Positions 39,261 through 48,216 of a stretch of 57,111 nt of DNA are shown here, one piece after another. The first letter of the stretch is position 1, and every line of letters begins with the position of its first letter. The notes below the pieces were generated by a model. The model was given only the letters and a program-made list of their open reading frames with translations, made no database searches and was not told where the DNA came from. The stretch covers positions 1-57,111 of IMG/VR virus record IMGVR_UViG_3300037847_002035; one strand, 5' to 3'. This DNA is from a virus. Its lineage: Duplodnaviria; Caudoviricetes. The position numbers and the translations under genes are program-made.

Positions 39261-39690
39261 ACTGTAGATGTTGGAGGATATTCTGGACATGGGGGCAGTA
39301 CCCATCACCTCCACCAAAATTACATGGGGAAAATATGGACGATAAAGATAAAATAATAGACATAAAACGTACTACTAATGAATTTGAAGTCGGAGTTAGA
39401 TTATTAGGAAACGAACTAATAGGAATACGACTTGCATCAACTAACGCAAGTGGCAAGATGATTCTCTGGGCAGTGCTATTATTATTCTTTACATTCATGA
39501 TCATGGAAGTCTTTGGGTTCAACCAATACTTTCTATCCACGTAATTTTGATGGGGGTGAACTAGGTTCGACAGGTATTTGAGTCTACGAAACACAAATGC
39601 AAACGATAATTTTGCACCATCTGGATTACGCCTAGCGGCATAATCACAGGGGGTTGGGCACTTACCTAGCAACAGAAAAGTGTCACCACA
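39261..39690 (+). ncRNA. ssrA: circularly permuted two-piece tmRNA, alphaproteobacterial type (outer ends approximate)
   Basis: acceptor piece has T-arm ATGGG-GGCAGTA-CCCAT and CACCTCCACCA (ends 39316); coding piece starts GGGGGTG at 39552, giving a G3.U70 stem; tag ANDNFAPSGLRLAA* at 39599-39643. Confidence 0.93.
39335..39544 (+). CDS. 69-aa membrane protein encoded inside the tmRNA intervening segment
   Basis: GGGGA RBS, ATG, C-terminal hydrophobic helix; fills the loop between the tmRNA pieces. Confidence 0.65.
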   Translation: MDDKDKIIDIKRTTNEFEVGVRLLGNELIGIRLASTNASGKMILWAVLLLFFTFMIMEVFGFNQYFLST

Positions 39691-39709
39691 CACAACACAG
39701 GAGATCACA

Positions 39710-39937
39710 ATGGCAAATCCATATCAAATCCGTTACGATGTTCTTGCAATGGCAAAGGATATCGCAGACAAGAACTACGAAATGCAAAAAGAACTTGCAT
39801 GGAAAATGATAGACATGGCAAAAGATAATTCAGATCAAGTCATGGATGCTTGGAAAACTTATGTCCCAAAGGCAGTAACGCCAGAGGAGATAAAGGAGCA
39901 AGCAGATAAACTATATGAGTTCGTTACCAAGAAATAA
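39710..39937 (+). CDS. hypothetical protein
   Basis: AGGAG RBS; NPYQIRYDVL.MAKD...A.KLYEFV. Confidence 0.75.
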   Translation: MANPYQIRYDVLAMAKDIADKNYEMQKELAWKMIDMAKDNSDQVMDAWKTYVPKAVTPEEIKEQADKLYEFVTKK

Positions 39938-39944
39938 ATCGCAG

Positions 39945-39972
39945 GGGGTTTGGTTTATTTAAACTGAACCCC
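39945..39972. terminator. hairpin between convergent genes
   Basis: GGGGTTTGGTTT-ATTT-AAACTGAACCCC; weak U-tracts. Confidence 0.45.
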
Positions 39973-40267
39973 TAAAAATTACAGTAGAGTTATAGTGTCT
40001 TTCATTATCACCAATAATACTGTAGTTGGAACTTCTATAAGAATTGTAAGTACCTTCACTGTCAAAATCCTTTTGATAAGTTATGTATGTACCGTCAGAA
40101 GATAAAGTTTCAGTAATTGTTAATTTGCCTGAATTTTCTAGACCATCTAATACTACATCTATATCACTATCTTCAGTTTTATGATCATTCCAAAAATCAT
40201 CTACAGTTTCCCAAGTTTTATCAGGATACTTTGTAGAAAGTATTTTAAGTGTTGTTCTGTATGCCAT
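39959..40267 (-). CDS. hypothetical protein (AT-rich cassette)
   Basis: 102-aa ORF overlapping the upstream gene. Confidence 0.7.
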   Translation of the reverse strand: MAYRTTLKILSTKYPDKTWETVDDFWNDHKTEDSDIDVVLDGLENSGKLTITETLSSDGTYITYQKDFDSEGTYNSYRSSNYSIIGDNERHYNSTVIFRGSV

Positions 40268-41213
40268 TTATCTTTTCCAATAAATTATTATAAAAATCTT
40301 TAAATTTAGGTTCTAATACGCTCTTTATGTATTTATCATATAAGTACCACTCATTTTTAAATTGATCAATTGTTTTTTCTAAATAATCTCTTATCTCATG
40401 TTCTAAATCAAATACATCTTTTGGCAACCTGTCAAATCCAGTATAGTCAGTCATAGGCATACCAAATCTTCTAATATGACCATCTTTACGATCTTTGTTA
40501 TAGTTCACTATAGGTTTTCTACTAACTAAGTTTGGATAGAATGATCTATAAAATTGATTTTTATGACACATTAAACAATTTATAAAACCGTCTTCCATAT
40601 CTGAAGAGTGACTATCCCCATCTGTATTATACTTAGTACCATTGATAAATTCTATTGTCTCATCTTCAATGTACCAACTTAATTGCTGTTCTGGTGTGTG
40701 ATTAAAAAATGCTCCTTCACCAGTATCCTTAAAAAACAATTTGAAAGATTGTTCTTCTTTTCCATATATACCTGATATCTCTCCAGATTGTTCTCTTGTT
40801 AAATCTGGTTCACCAAGACCTAATATTGGATAACCATCAACCTTTTTTGCTACATGCATATAATACAGTATTTGTGGACTAACTGCTCTAGACTTATGAG
40901 CAATATCTAACCATTCAGTGCCTTTCCAAAAGTTGTGAACATCAGCGTCATATAATGTATATTTTATATTATAAGCATCACACCAATCTATTGCATATTT
41001 TATATCATAATCATTCCAACCATCATTATATCTCATAATAAAAATTTCATGAGGCACTTTTGCTAAACGAAAAGATTCTCCAATCACATTAGAATCTAAT
41101 CCACCACTTAAAAATATTACAGGTTTTTTTTGTTCTTCGTAAATCTTTTGTGCTGAAAGTATATTTTCTTCTTGCCATGAGTTTGGCAATCTATTTATTT
41201 TCGATTGAAACAT
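40245..41213 (-). CDS. PP-loop (adenine nucleotide alpha hydrolase/asparagine-synthase-like) protein
   Basis: FLSGGLDS PP-loop motif. Confidence 0.7.
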   Translation of the reverse strand: MFQSKINRLPNSWQEENILSAQKIYEEQKKPVIFLSGGLDSNVIGESFRLAKVPHEIFIMRYNDGWNDYDIKYAIDWCDAYNIKYTLYDADVHNFWKGTEWLDIAHKSRAVSPQILYYMHVAKKVDGYPILGLGEPDLTREQSGEISGIYGKEEQSFKLFFKDTGEGAFFNHTPEQQLSWYIEDETIEFINGTKYNTDGDSHSSDMEDGFINCLMCHKNQFYRSFYPNLVSRKPIVNYNKDRKDGHIRRFGMPMTDYTGFDRLPKDVFDLEHEIRDYLEKTIDQFKNEWYLYDKYIKSVLEPKFKDFYNNLLEKINGIQNNT

Positions 41214-41619
41214 AACAATTCATTCCATAATCTGCTTTTATAAATTCGCTTTTTTTAATAAAACCAACTCTTTGGTATACAGGTAAAGATTTTTCTCTAG
41301 GAAAACTCCAAACAAAATCGACATATTTAAAACTATGTTCTATCGTATGCTGTAATAGTTTTTTGCCTATATTTTTATTTCTATATTCTTTTATAACATA
41401 TAATCCTCTAGATCTAAACTTATCAGGTTCAGACATATGGCAACTATTAACTCCAACTAATTTATTATTTTCATAATAACCAAAATAAAAAACATCTATA
41501 TTGTGCATATCACTAAATCCATTTAAATATTTCATATTAGAATATTCTAGATGATTTCTATGTGGATGTAAATATTCCCATAATTCACAGACTTGAGTGA
41601 AAGAAATATTTTTTATCAT
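41191..41619 (-). CDS. GNAT acetyltransferase
   Basis: RSRGLYV..EYRNKNIGKKLL, VYQRVGF. Confidence 0.85.
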   Translation of the reverse strand: MIKNISFTQVCELWEYLHPHRNHLEYSNMKYLNGFSDMHNIDVFYFGYYENNKLVGVNSCHMSEPDKFRSRGLYVIKEYRNKNIGKKLLQHTIEHSFKYVDFVWSFPREKSLPVYQRVGFIKKSEFIKADYGMNCYVSIENK

Positions 41620-41635
41620 ATAATTAAAAAACCTC

Positions 41636-41664
41636 TTGACAATCGCTTTTAGTTGTGGTACTAT
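41636..41664 (+). promoter_or_regulatory. sigma70-like promoter
   Basis: TTGACA-17-TACTAT. Confidence 0.65.
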
Positions 41665-41687
41665 AATTTGTATTTAGAGAGGTTATT

Positions 41688-42134
41688 ATGCAAGAAAGAA
41701 AAATAGTCTATGTGGATATGGATGGGGTCTTGGTTGACTTTCAGTCTGGTATAGATGCTTTAGGTGAAGGACTCAAAGAAGTCTATAATGAAAGGTGGGA
41801 CGAGTGTCCTGACATTTTCTCAAAGATGGAACCTATGCCTGGTGCAATTGATGGGTTTGCTAAGTTGTCAGAGAAGTATGATACATATATACTATCAACA
41901 GCACCATGGAATAACCCTTCTGCTTGGACAGACAAGTTTGAATGGGTACAAGGCAACCTAATGCCTCATGCTTACAAAAGATTGATACTATCTCATAACA
42001 AACACTTGAATGCAGGTGACTACCTTATAGACGATAGGTTAGCAAACGGTGCAGGAAGATTCAAAGGAGAGTTACTCCAGTTCGGAACAGAGAAGTTTCC
42101 AGACTGGGATAGTATTCTAAACTACTTGTTATAA
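41688..42134 (+). CDS. 5'(3')-deoxyribonucleotidase (HAD, NT5C-like)
   Basis: DMDGVLVDF, ILSTAPW, GDYLIDDR. Confidence 0.88.
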   Translation: MQERKIVYVDMDGVLVDFQSGIDALGEGLKEVYNERWDECPDIFSKMEPMPGAIDGFAKLSEKYDTYILSTAPWNNPSAWTDKFEWVQGNLMPHAYKRLILSHNKHLNAGDYLIDDRLANGAGRFKGELLQFGTEKFPDWDSILNYLL

Positions 42135-42144
42135 GGAGAGTTTA

Positions 42145-42300
42145 ATGAATCGCGCTGAGAGAAAGCACAAAGATAAATGTGCACGTAGAAGACGTTCAGT
42201 CATCAAGAAGATAAGAGAGAATCGTATTTTAAATGTTTTTGCTAGGTTGAGATCTCGCAGGAAGAAATTTAAAAAAAATAAAAAAGTACTTGACAAATGA
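42145..42300 (+). CDS. 51-aa highly basic peptide (not in the ORF track)
   Basis: AAGGAG RBS; MNRAERKHKDKCARRRRSVIKK... Confidence 0.6.
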   Translation: MNRAERKHKDKCARRRRSVIKKIRENRILNVFARLRSRRKKFKKNKKVLDK

Positions 42301-42318
42301 ATAAGACTGTGTCATAAT
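42290..42318 (+). promoter_or_regulatory. sigma70-like promoter
   Basis: TTGACA-17-CATAAT. Confidence 0.7.
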
Positions 42319-42342
42319 ATATTTGTAATGAGAGGAGATATT

Positions 42343-42885
42343 ATGAGAACACAAAAAGAATATTTTGATATTGGATTACAAGGTTTACTTAGAGATAAAA
42401 ATTATAGAGATTTGGGTAAACTTTTTGCAGAAGCGAATGAATATTTTCAACAAGATTGGATTAATGAAAACTGCGATTTTCAAGTAAAAAAAAGAAACGA
42501 TTTTGATGATGATGCAGATGCAAGTGGTTATGATTTAATCTCTACTGATAGTAATATGAAAATTCAATCAAAGTTAAGAGCAACAACAATTCACCTAGAA
42601 CAAACAAGAAGAAAGTCTGGTAAGAATACAATCGCAGAAAACAATACAGGCCATGTAAGATACAAAGTAAGTGAATTAGATGTAGTCCTTGTATCAAGAC
42701 CTAACTTAGATGAATATGACAATATGGATAAATGGGAACTGATTGCCTTACCTACCAAAGATATTGAAGACCCAAAAACTCCAGGATATTGCTATGCAAA
42801 TGTACCAAAAAGAATCTGGTCTAAATACATTGGTCATACCAAAGAAGTGTTAGAGGAAGTATATGAATCAGTATGTAGTAGGTAA
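42343..42885 (+). CDS. putative restriction endonuclease-like protein
   Basis: GYDL...KIQSK resembles a PD-(D/E)xK core; coupled to an MTase; start ATG 42343 after GAGGAG. Confidence 0.5.
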   Translation: MRTQKEYFDIGLQGLLRDKNYRDLGKLFAEANEYFQQDWINENCDFQVKKRNDFDDDADASGYDLISTDSNMKIQSKLRATTIHLEQTRRKSGKNTIAENNTGHVRYKVSELDVVLVSRPNLDEYDNMDKWELIALPTKDIEDPKTPGYCYANVPKRIWSKYIGHTKEVLEEVYESVCSR

Positions 42886-43786
42886 TAATTTAGATATAGT
42901 AAAAGATATAAAATGTGATTTAGTTTACATTGACCCACCATATAATACTGGCAGAGATTTTGGTGATTACAATGATAAATGGAAATCTATGAAAATATAT
43001 TCAGAAGAATTTTTATATCCAAGAATTAAATTGTGTTATGATATTATTAATAATAATGGAAATATTGTGGTTCATATTGAACCTAAAAATAGTCATTGGG
43101 TAAGATTTATTTTAGACGATATATTTGGTAGTAAATTTTTTCGTAATGAAATAGTTTGGAAAACTGGTGGTCATGCTAAAAACAAAAAACAATTGGGTCG
43201 TATGCATGATACTATTTTAGTTTATTCAAAATCTAATAAATCTACATTCAATCCTCAATATCAACCATATGATGAAGGATATTTAAAAAATACAAAAATA
43301 GATAATAGAGGAAATTATACAACCACTGCTATTCATAATTCTCAACCAGACGTTAATCCTAGATTAAATTTAAGGTATGAGTGGAATGGACACTTAAAAC
43401 AATGGTATACAACAAAAGAAAAGATGCAAGAATTACATGATGATGATAGGTTAGTTTATAATCAAAATGGTGTTCCTAGAGTTAAAAGATATGTTCATGA
43501 ACTTGATGGAATACCAATCACAGATTTATGGATAGATATTAGTAATACTCAAAGTGGGGAAAAAGTAAATTATGCAACACAAAAACCAATAAAATTATTG
43601 GATAGAATTATTAATATGTATTCAAACGAAAATGATTTAGTGGTAGATATTTTTGCTGGTAGCGGAACTACTGGAGTATCTGCTATAAAAAATAAAAGAA
43701 AATATTTTTTATGTGATATAAATCCAAATGCAAAAAAAATATTTGATAAAAGAATAAAAGGACTTGACTCTTGTTTTTTTATTTGA
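42863..43786 (+). CDS. N6A/N4C DNA methyltransferase (beta class)
   Basis: IDPPY N-terminal; TQKP and DIFAGSGTT C-terminal. Confidence 0.92.
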   Translation: MNQYVVGNNLDIVKDIKCDLVYIDPPYNTGRDFGDYNDKWKSMKIYSEEFLYPRIKLCYDIINNNGNIVVHIEPKNSHWVRFILDDIFGSKFFRNEIVWKTGGHAKNKKQLGRMHDTILVYSKSNKSTFNPQYQPYDEGYLKNTKIDNRGNYTTTAIHNSQPDVNPRLNLRYEWNGHLKQWYTTKEKMQELHDDDRLVYNQNGVPRVKRYVHELDGIPITDLWIDISNTQSGEKVNYATQKPIKLLDRIINMYSNENDLVVDIFAGSGTTGVSAIKNKRKYFLCDINPNAKKIFDKRIKGLDSCFFI

Positions 43787-43792
43787 TATAAT
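43764..43792 (+). promoter_or_regulatory. sigma70-like promoter
   Basis: TTGACT-17-TATAAT. Confidence 0.7.
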
Positions 43793-43820
43793 AATTACAT
43801 AACAAAAGAGGAGATATGTA

Positions 43821-44777
43821 ATGGCACATATGGTAGAAACAATGGCATACGCAGGAGAAGTTCCATGGCATGGACTTGGCGTACCAGTTTCTAATGATTT
43901 AACACCAGAACAAATGATGGTGAAAGCAGGGGTTGACTGGACAGTTGCCGAAGTTGAATCTTATATTGATTTCAATGGAGAGCAAGTTCCAACAGGTCAG
44001 AAGTCGTTAGTGCGTACAACTGACGGTAAGATCCTTACCAATGTTGGTAAAGGTTGGAACCCTTGTCAAAACGCAGAAGCGTTTAACTTTTTTCATGAGT
44101 ATGTAATGGCAGGTGACATGGAAATGCACACTGCAGGTTCATTACAAGATGGTCAGATTGTCTGGGCACTTGCAAAAGTAAAAGACTCTTTCGAACTGTT
44201 CAAAGGTGATACAGTTGAGTCATACTTACTTTTCTCAAACCCACACAAGTATGGTAAATCCATCAATGTGATGTTTACTCCAATTCGTGTTGTTTGTAGC
44301 AACACGTTGACTTTTGCGGTTGATAGCGGTTCAGATCGTCAAGTGAAGATCGGTCACCGAGGTGTCTTTAGTCCTGAGATCGTAAAAGAACAGTTAGGTA
44401 TTGCAACAGAGAAGATGGCAAAATACAAAGAGATAGCATCGTTTCTCGGTTCTAAGCGATACACTAACGAATCGTACATTGACTACATCAATACAGTTTT
44501 CCCACGTTCTTCTGACAAGCGAGTCAAAGAAGGTATGACAACTGCAGAGTCATTGTCACGAAATGCTAAACTTGCTCTTGATGTGTTAGAAACACAACCA
44601 GGTGCAAACTACGCAGAGGGTTCGTGGTGGCAAGCATTCAACTCCATCACTTACATAACAGATCACGTACAAGGTCATAACCAAGAGAATCGTCTTGCAA
44701 ACAGTTGGTTCGGTTATAACCAAAGTAAGAAACGTGATGCGTTGCAAACTGCAATCAAATTTGCAGAGGCGGCATAA
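43821..44777 (+). CDS. DUF932 / phage-plasmid-like protein
   Basis: PWHGLG, TAGSL, TPIRVVCSNTL, W.AFN. Confidence 0.88.
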   Translation: MAHMVETMAYAGEVPWHGLGVPVSNDLTPEQMMVKAGVDWTVAEVESYIDFNGEQVPTGQKSLVRTTDGKILTNVGKGWNPCQNAEAFNFFHEYVMAGDMEMHTAGSLQDGQIVWALAKVKDSFELFKGDTVESYLLFSNPHKYGKSINVMFTPIRVVCSNTLTFAVDSGSDRQVKIGHRGVFSPEIVKEQLGIATEKMAKYKEIASFLGSKRYTNESYIDYINTVFPRSSDKRVKEGMTTAESLSRNAKLALDVLETQPGANYAEGSWWQAFNSITYITDHVQGHNQENRLANSWFGYNQSKKRDALQTAIKFAEAA

Positions 44778-45013
44778 TGGATTATAGTATGAGATTACGA
44801 TCTGTTGTGAGAGATTCCAAGGCAATTGCCTTGGGTCTCCCTCGCGTAGAAGCAGAAATCAAACACCTTGAAGGTGTAAAACGAAGAGTGCGGTCAGTAA
44901 AGCAACGTCTCGAAAGACTTTACACTGCACGTAGACATCTAATAGAGTCACCAGAAGATTCAAAGTCTCTAGTAGAACAATTGAAAGCAATTCAAAATGG
45001 CGAAGAAGCATAG
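44777..45013 (+). CDS. hypothetical protein
   Basis: 78-aa ORF coupled to the upstream stop. Confidence 0.65.
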   Translation: MDYSMRLRSVVRDSKAIALGLPRVEAEIKHLEGVKRRVRSVKQRLERLYTARRHLIESPEDSKSLVEQLKAIQNGEEA

Positions 45014-45161
45014 TCCAGATCAGTACGCGGCATGGGCACGAGATTGGGGGATAGATGGTTTCGAGCATTGGGACCCGAAGTTAAAAGAGAAAGCACGTCA
45101 AAGAGCACTCAAGTATTCGCGGCAGAAACAAGAAAAACAAAATAAACCATACAAGAAATGA
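44997..45161 (+). CDS. 54-aa hypothetical protein (not in the ORF track)
   Basis: MAKKHSPDQYAAWARDWG...; ends at the terminator. Confidence 0.55.
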   Translation: MAKKHSPDQYAAWARDWGIDGFEHWDPKLKEKARQRALKYSRQKQEKQNKPYKK

Positions 45162-45184
45162 AAAGACCTTCGGGTCTTTTTTTA
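45161..45184 (+). terminator. intrinsic terminator with cUUCGg tetraloop
   Basis: AAAAGACC-TTCG-GGTCTTTT plus T-tract; typical of T4-like phages. Confidence 0.9.
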
Positions 45185-45196
45185 TTTACAAACTAT

Positions 45197-45204
45197 TATA
45201 AATA
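45197..45204 (+). promoter_or_regulatory. T4-type late promoter
   Basis: TATAAATA just after the terminator, 30 nt before ATG 45235. Confidence 0.8.
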
Positions 45205-45234
45205 GTCTATAATTGCTTCTGATAAGGAAAAAAG

Positions 45235-46536
45235 ATGATTACATTTGATTTTTTAAGAGAGGGTGCACTTTCTCTACCAGAGATACAAAAGTATGACTGG
45301 AGGATAAAGTTGTTCCTAAAGAAATATCAGAACGGAGAATCGTTTGAAACAAATGACGGTTCTAATGTAGTCATTGAAAAGAATCCCGAAGTAGAGAAAG
45401 CAATTAAGTCTGGTAAACAAGAACGTGGTTTTAAATTTAAAACAAAAGATGGTAAAGAGATTGGATTTAATAATCTCAAAAAGACAGTAGAGTTTGGTGG
45501 TGGGACATCTGGTTCTGGTGGTGGAGCAAAGCAAACTGCCTCGGCAGAGTCTGCACAGTGTGTATATGCTCAATGTATCTGGGATAATCCGAATACTTTA
45601 TGGTCGGTGGATGAACTGAAAGCGGCACATGCCAAAGTAAATGTCGATACATCCTTCGAGGATATAATGGCGTTGCCAGAAGTCTGGAGAGTATCATCTA
45701 TTCGCGGTGCTGAGATATTAAAGAGAGCACTTGGTAGAAAGAAGTACAAGTGGTATCGAGGAGAAGGTCTTCAAAAGTATATGGAGAAACGATTCAAAGA
45801 ATTGAACAATGCTTCTGGCAGACCTTTCAATGATGTAAACAAATGGTCACCTGCAGATATCTGGATTGAAGCAGTTGACTCTCAGAAATACGATTGGGAA
45901 AGTGCTGAGTCAATAACATCACTAAACAATATGCTACTACAGGCATATGCAAATCGTGATGTGATGGGCATATCCCTCAAAAAAATTACTGGTAAGAAAG
46001 CAAAGGTTGTTCAAGTAAACTATAAGAAACCTTTCAAAGAACCAAAGTTTAAGAGTCTATCTTTTGGTAAGAGAGATTACTGGAAAGCAAAAGATGGTTA
46101 CATTATGTTTCAGGAAGGAGAGATACAGTTCAGGACTTTCCCTACCTTCCAAGCAGAGATTATAGGAAAAGCGGCAAAACATGGAAAAGTTTCTGGTGGT
46201 CAAGGTGCCTCTTCTCCTATGGGTAAAGTAATGAAACTTGCAGGAGCAAAACCATTAGAAGACCAGAAGCAACTGGTACAGATGTTCCGTAAGAATAAAG
46301 ATGGATTTATGAAGAAGTGGTATGACGAATATAATAAATCCCCAAATGCAAAATTAACCCTTGACAAGTTTAAAGAACTTGCTAAGAATAAAGATGACAA
46401 CTGGGCAGTATCTAAGTATTTGGTTACTAGTATATTCAACAGTCTAAAAGGTAAAGAACAAAAGTTTCTTACTCTAATGTTTAGATTTGCCTCATCACAA
46501 TCTGCAAACTCTGCAGTACACTTAAAGGTAAAATAA
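45235..46536 (+). CDS. conserved T4-like protein, possible PD-(D/E)xK nuclease
   Basis: NKWSPADIW...GISLKK. Confidence 0.6.
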   Translation: MITFDFLREGALSLPEIQKYDWRIKLFLKKYQNGESFETNDGSNVVIEKNPEVEKAIKSGKQERGFKFKTKDGKEIGFNNLKKTVEFGGGTSGSGGGAKQTASAESAQCVYAQCIWDNPNTLWSVDELKAAHAKVNVDTSFEDIMALPEVWRVSSIRGAEILKRALGRKKYKWYRGEGLQKYMEKRFKELNNASGRPFNDVNKWSPADIWIEAVDSQKYDWESAESITSLNNMLLQAYANRDVMGISLKKITGKKAKVVQVNYKKPFKEPKFKSLSFGKRDYWKAKDGYIMFQEGEIQFRTFPTFQAEIIGKAAKHGKVSGGQGASSPMGKVMKLAGAKPLEDQKQLVQMFRKNKDGFMKKWYDEYNKSPNAKLTLDKFKELAKNKDDNWAVSKYLVTSIFNSLKGKEQKFLTLMFRFASSQSANSAVHLKVK

Positions 46537-47762
46537 TGCAATTTTCGGATTTCATAACAGAACAAAAGAATACACACATGACACACATTGAGGACAAGGT
46601 TCTTTATGGTGGAGTCAAGGGAACTCGTGATGCTATCCTTGCTTTACGATCTCTACGTGACATGCTTGGGGGTGAAGGGGATGGTAAGGTATCTGTTAAG
46701 TGGGACGGTGCTCCTGCTATTTTTTGCGGAACCGATCCACGAGACGGAGAGTTCTTTGTTGCTAAGAAAGGAATCTTTGCCAAAACACCAAAAGTCTATA
46801 AAACAAATGCAGACATTGATGCCGATACCAGTGGAGACCTCAACGCTAAAATGAAATTGGCATTAAAACATTTACCTGAGTTAGGAATAAAAGGTATCAT
46901 TCAAGGGGATTTTTTGTATTCTAAGAATGATGTAAAAACAAAAAAGATTAAGGGGAAGGACTATGTTACCTTTCATCCAAATACTATCGTCTATGCGGTG
47001 CCTAGAGAGTCGGATGCATCTGATGCTATTATCAAAAGTAAAATTGGAATCGTCTGGCACACAACCTACAAGGGTAACTCCTTCGAGTCTCTCCGCGCTT
47101 CGTATGGAGTTGATGTATCCAAGTTTAACTCAACCAGAAATGTGTGGAGTCAAGACGCAACGCTCAGGGATTTAACTAACCTAACTATGAATAGGAAGGA
47201 TACAGATGAAGTTAATGAATATCTATCAACTGCTGGTAAAATATTTAACCAGATTAGTGGGACTACTCTTAGGACTCTTGAAAAAGATCCTGCGCTTGCC
47301 CAACTTATTGAGCAATTTAATAATACGTATGTTCGCAGGGGTGAAGTCATTAAGAATACCAAGACCCACGCTTCGCGTCTCATTTCTTGGATTAAACAAA
47401 AATACCAAAAAGAAATCGACAAGCGGAAAACGGAAAAAGGGAAGTCCACGCAACAAAAAAAGTTAGACGAAATACTAAGTTTCTTTTCACCAGGGAACCG
47501 CCAATCTCTGGTGAAAATGTTTGATCTACAGAAGGTCATAGTTCTTGCGAAAATGAAACTTATAAATAATCTTAATAAACTCTCAAACGTAAAGACGTTT
47601 CTCAAAACCAAGAGGGGATATCGTGTTACAGGACAAGAGGGTTATGTCGCTATAGACAAACTTGGTGGTGATGCAGTGAAAATTGTTGACCGTATGGAGT
47701 TCTCCTACGCTAACTTTTCACCGAATATATTAAAGGGATGGGACAAACCAGGAAGGAATTAA
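46536..47762 (+). CDS. conserved T4-like protein with ligase-like KWDG motif (DUF6267-like)
   Basis: HMTHIED, KWDGAPA, QGDF, EGYV, KIVDR.EFS. Confidence 0.7.
   Translation: MQFSDFITEQKNTHMTHIEDKVLYGGVKGTRDAILALRSLRDMLGGEGDGKVSVKWDGAPAIFCGTDPRDGEFFVAKKGIFAKTPKVYKTNADIDADTSGDLNAKMKLALKHLPELGIKGIIQGDFLYSKNDVKTKKIKGKDYVTFHPNTIVYAVPRESDASDAIIKSKIGIVWHTTYKGNSFESLRASYGVDVSKFNSTRNVWSQDATLRDLTNLTMNRKDTDEVNEYLSTAGKIFNQISGTTLRTLEKDPALAQLIEQFNNTYVRRGEVIKNTKTHASRLISWIKQKYQKEIDKRKTEKGKSTQQKKLDEILSFFSPGNRQSLVKMFDLQKVIVLAKMKLINNLNKLSNVKTFLKTKRGYRVTGQEGYVAIDKLGGDAVKIVDRMEFSYANFSPNILKGWDKPGRN
47561..47568 (+). promoter_or_regulatory. possible internal late promoter
   Basis: TATAAATA about 200 nt upstream of 47764. 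Confidence 0.4.
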
Positions 47763-47763
47763 A

Positions 47764-48216
47764 ATGGCAAAACCATTGCGATTTAAAGATATGATCAATT
47801 CGGAACCTGCACCAGGTGAAGACGAATTGACGAACTATTACAAATCCAAAAAGAAAAGAACCTATTCTGGCAACGAAGACGTTGAACCCGAAACCGAAGC
47901 ACTTTCTATTGCACAACGAATGAAGGTTGGGCGAAGAATGAAGCGTCTCAAGCAAAAGATCAAGATTGGTCGAGAGAAAGCAAAGAGACGTATGGCAAAT
48001 AAAGAGGTGTTACAAAGACGTGCACGTAAAGCGGCACGTAAAGCAGTTCTCAAAAAGTTAACTAAGGGCAAAGATAAAAATGATTTACCTTTCGCACGTA
48101 GACAAGAACTTGAAAAGAGACTAGATAAACCCTCAGTGAAGAAACGAATTGATATGATTGCTAAACGAATGTTCAAGGATGTTCGTAAGAAAGAAGTCGA
48201 AAGGAAAAAAGGTTGA
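47764..48216 (+). CDS. highly basic protein
   Basis: Lys/Arg-rich C-terminal two thirds. Confidence 0.8.
   Translation: MAKPLRFKDMINSEPAPGEDELTNYYKSKKKRTYSGNEDVEPETEALSIAQRMKVGRRMKRLKQKIKIGREKAKRRMANKEVLQRRARKAARKAVLKKLTKGKDKNDLPFARRQELEKRLDKPSVKKRIDMIAKRMFKDVRKKEVERKKG

Noticed and set aside
39285-39316. Stand-alone tRNA gene
   Set aside because: Only a T-arm and 3' acceptor strand are present; the partner strand is at 39552, so it belongs to the permuted tmRNA
39259-39708. 149-aa minus-strand ORF
   Set aside because: It is antisense to the tmRNA and its nested ORF and has no recognisable features
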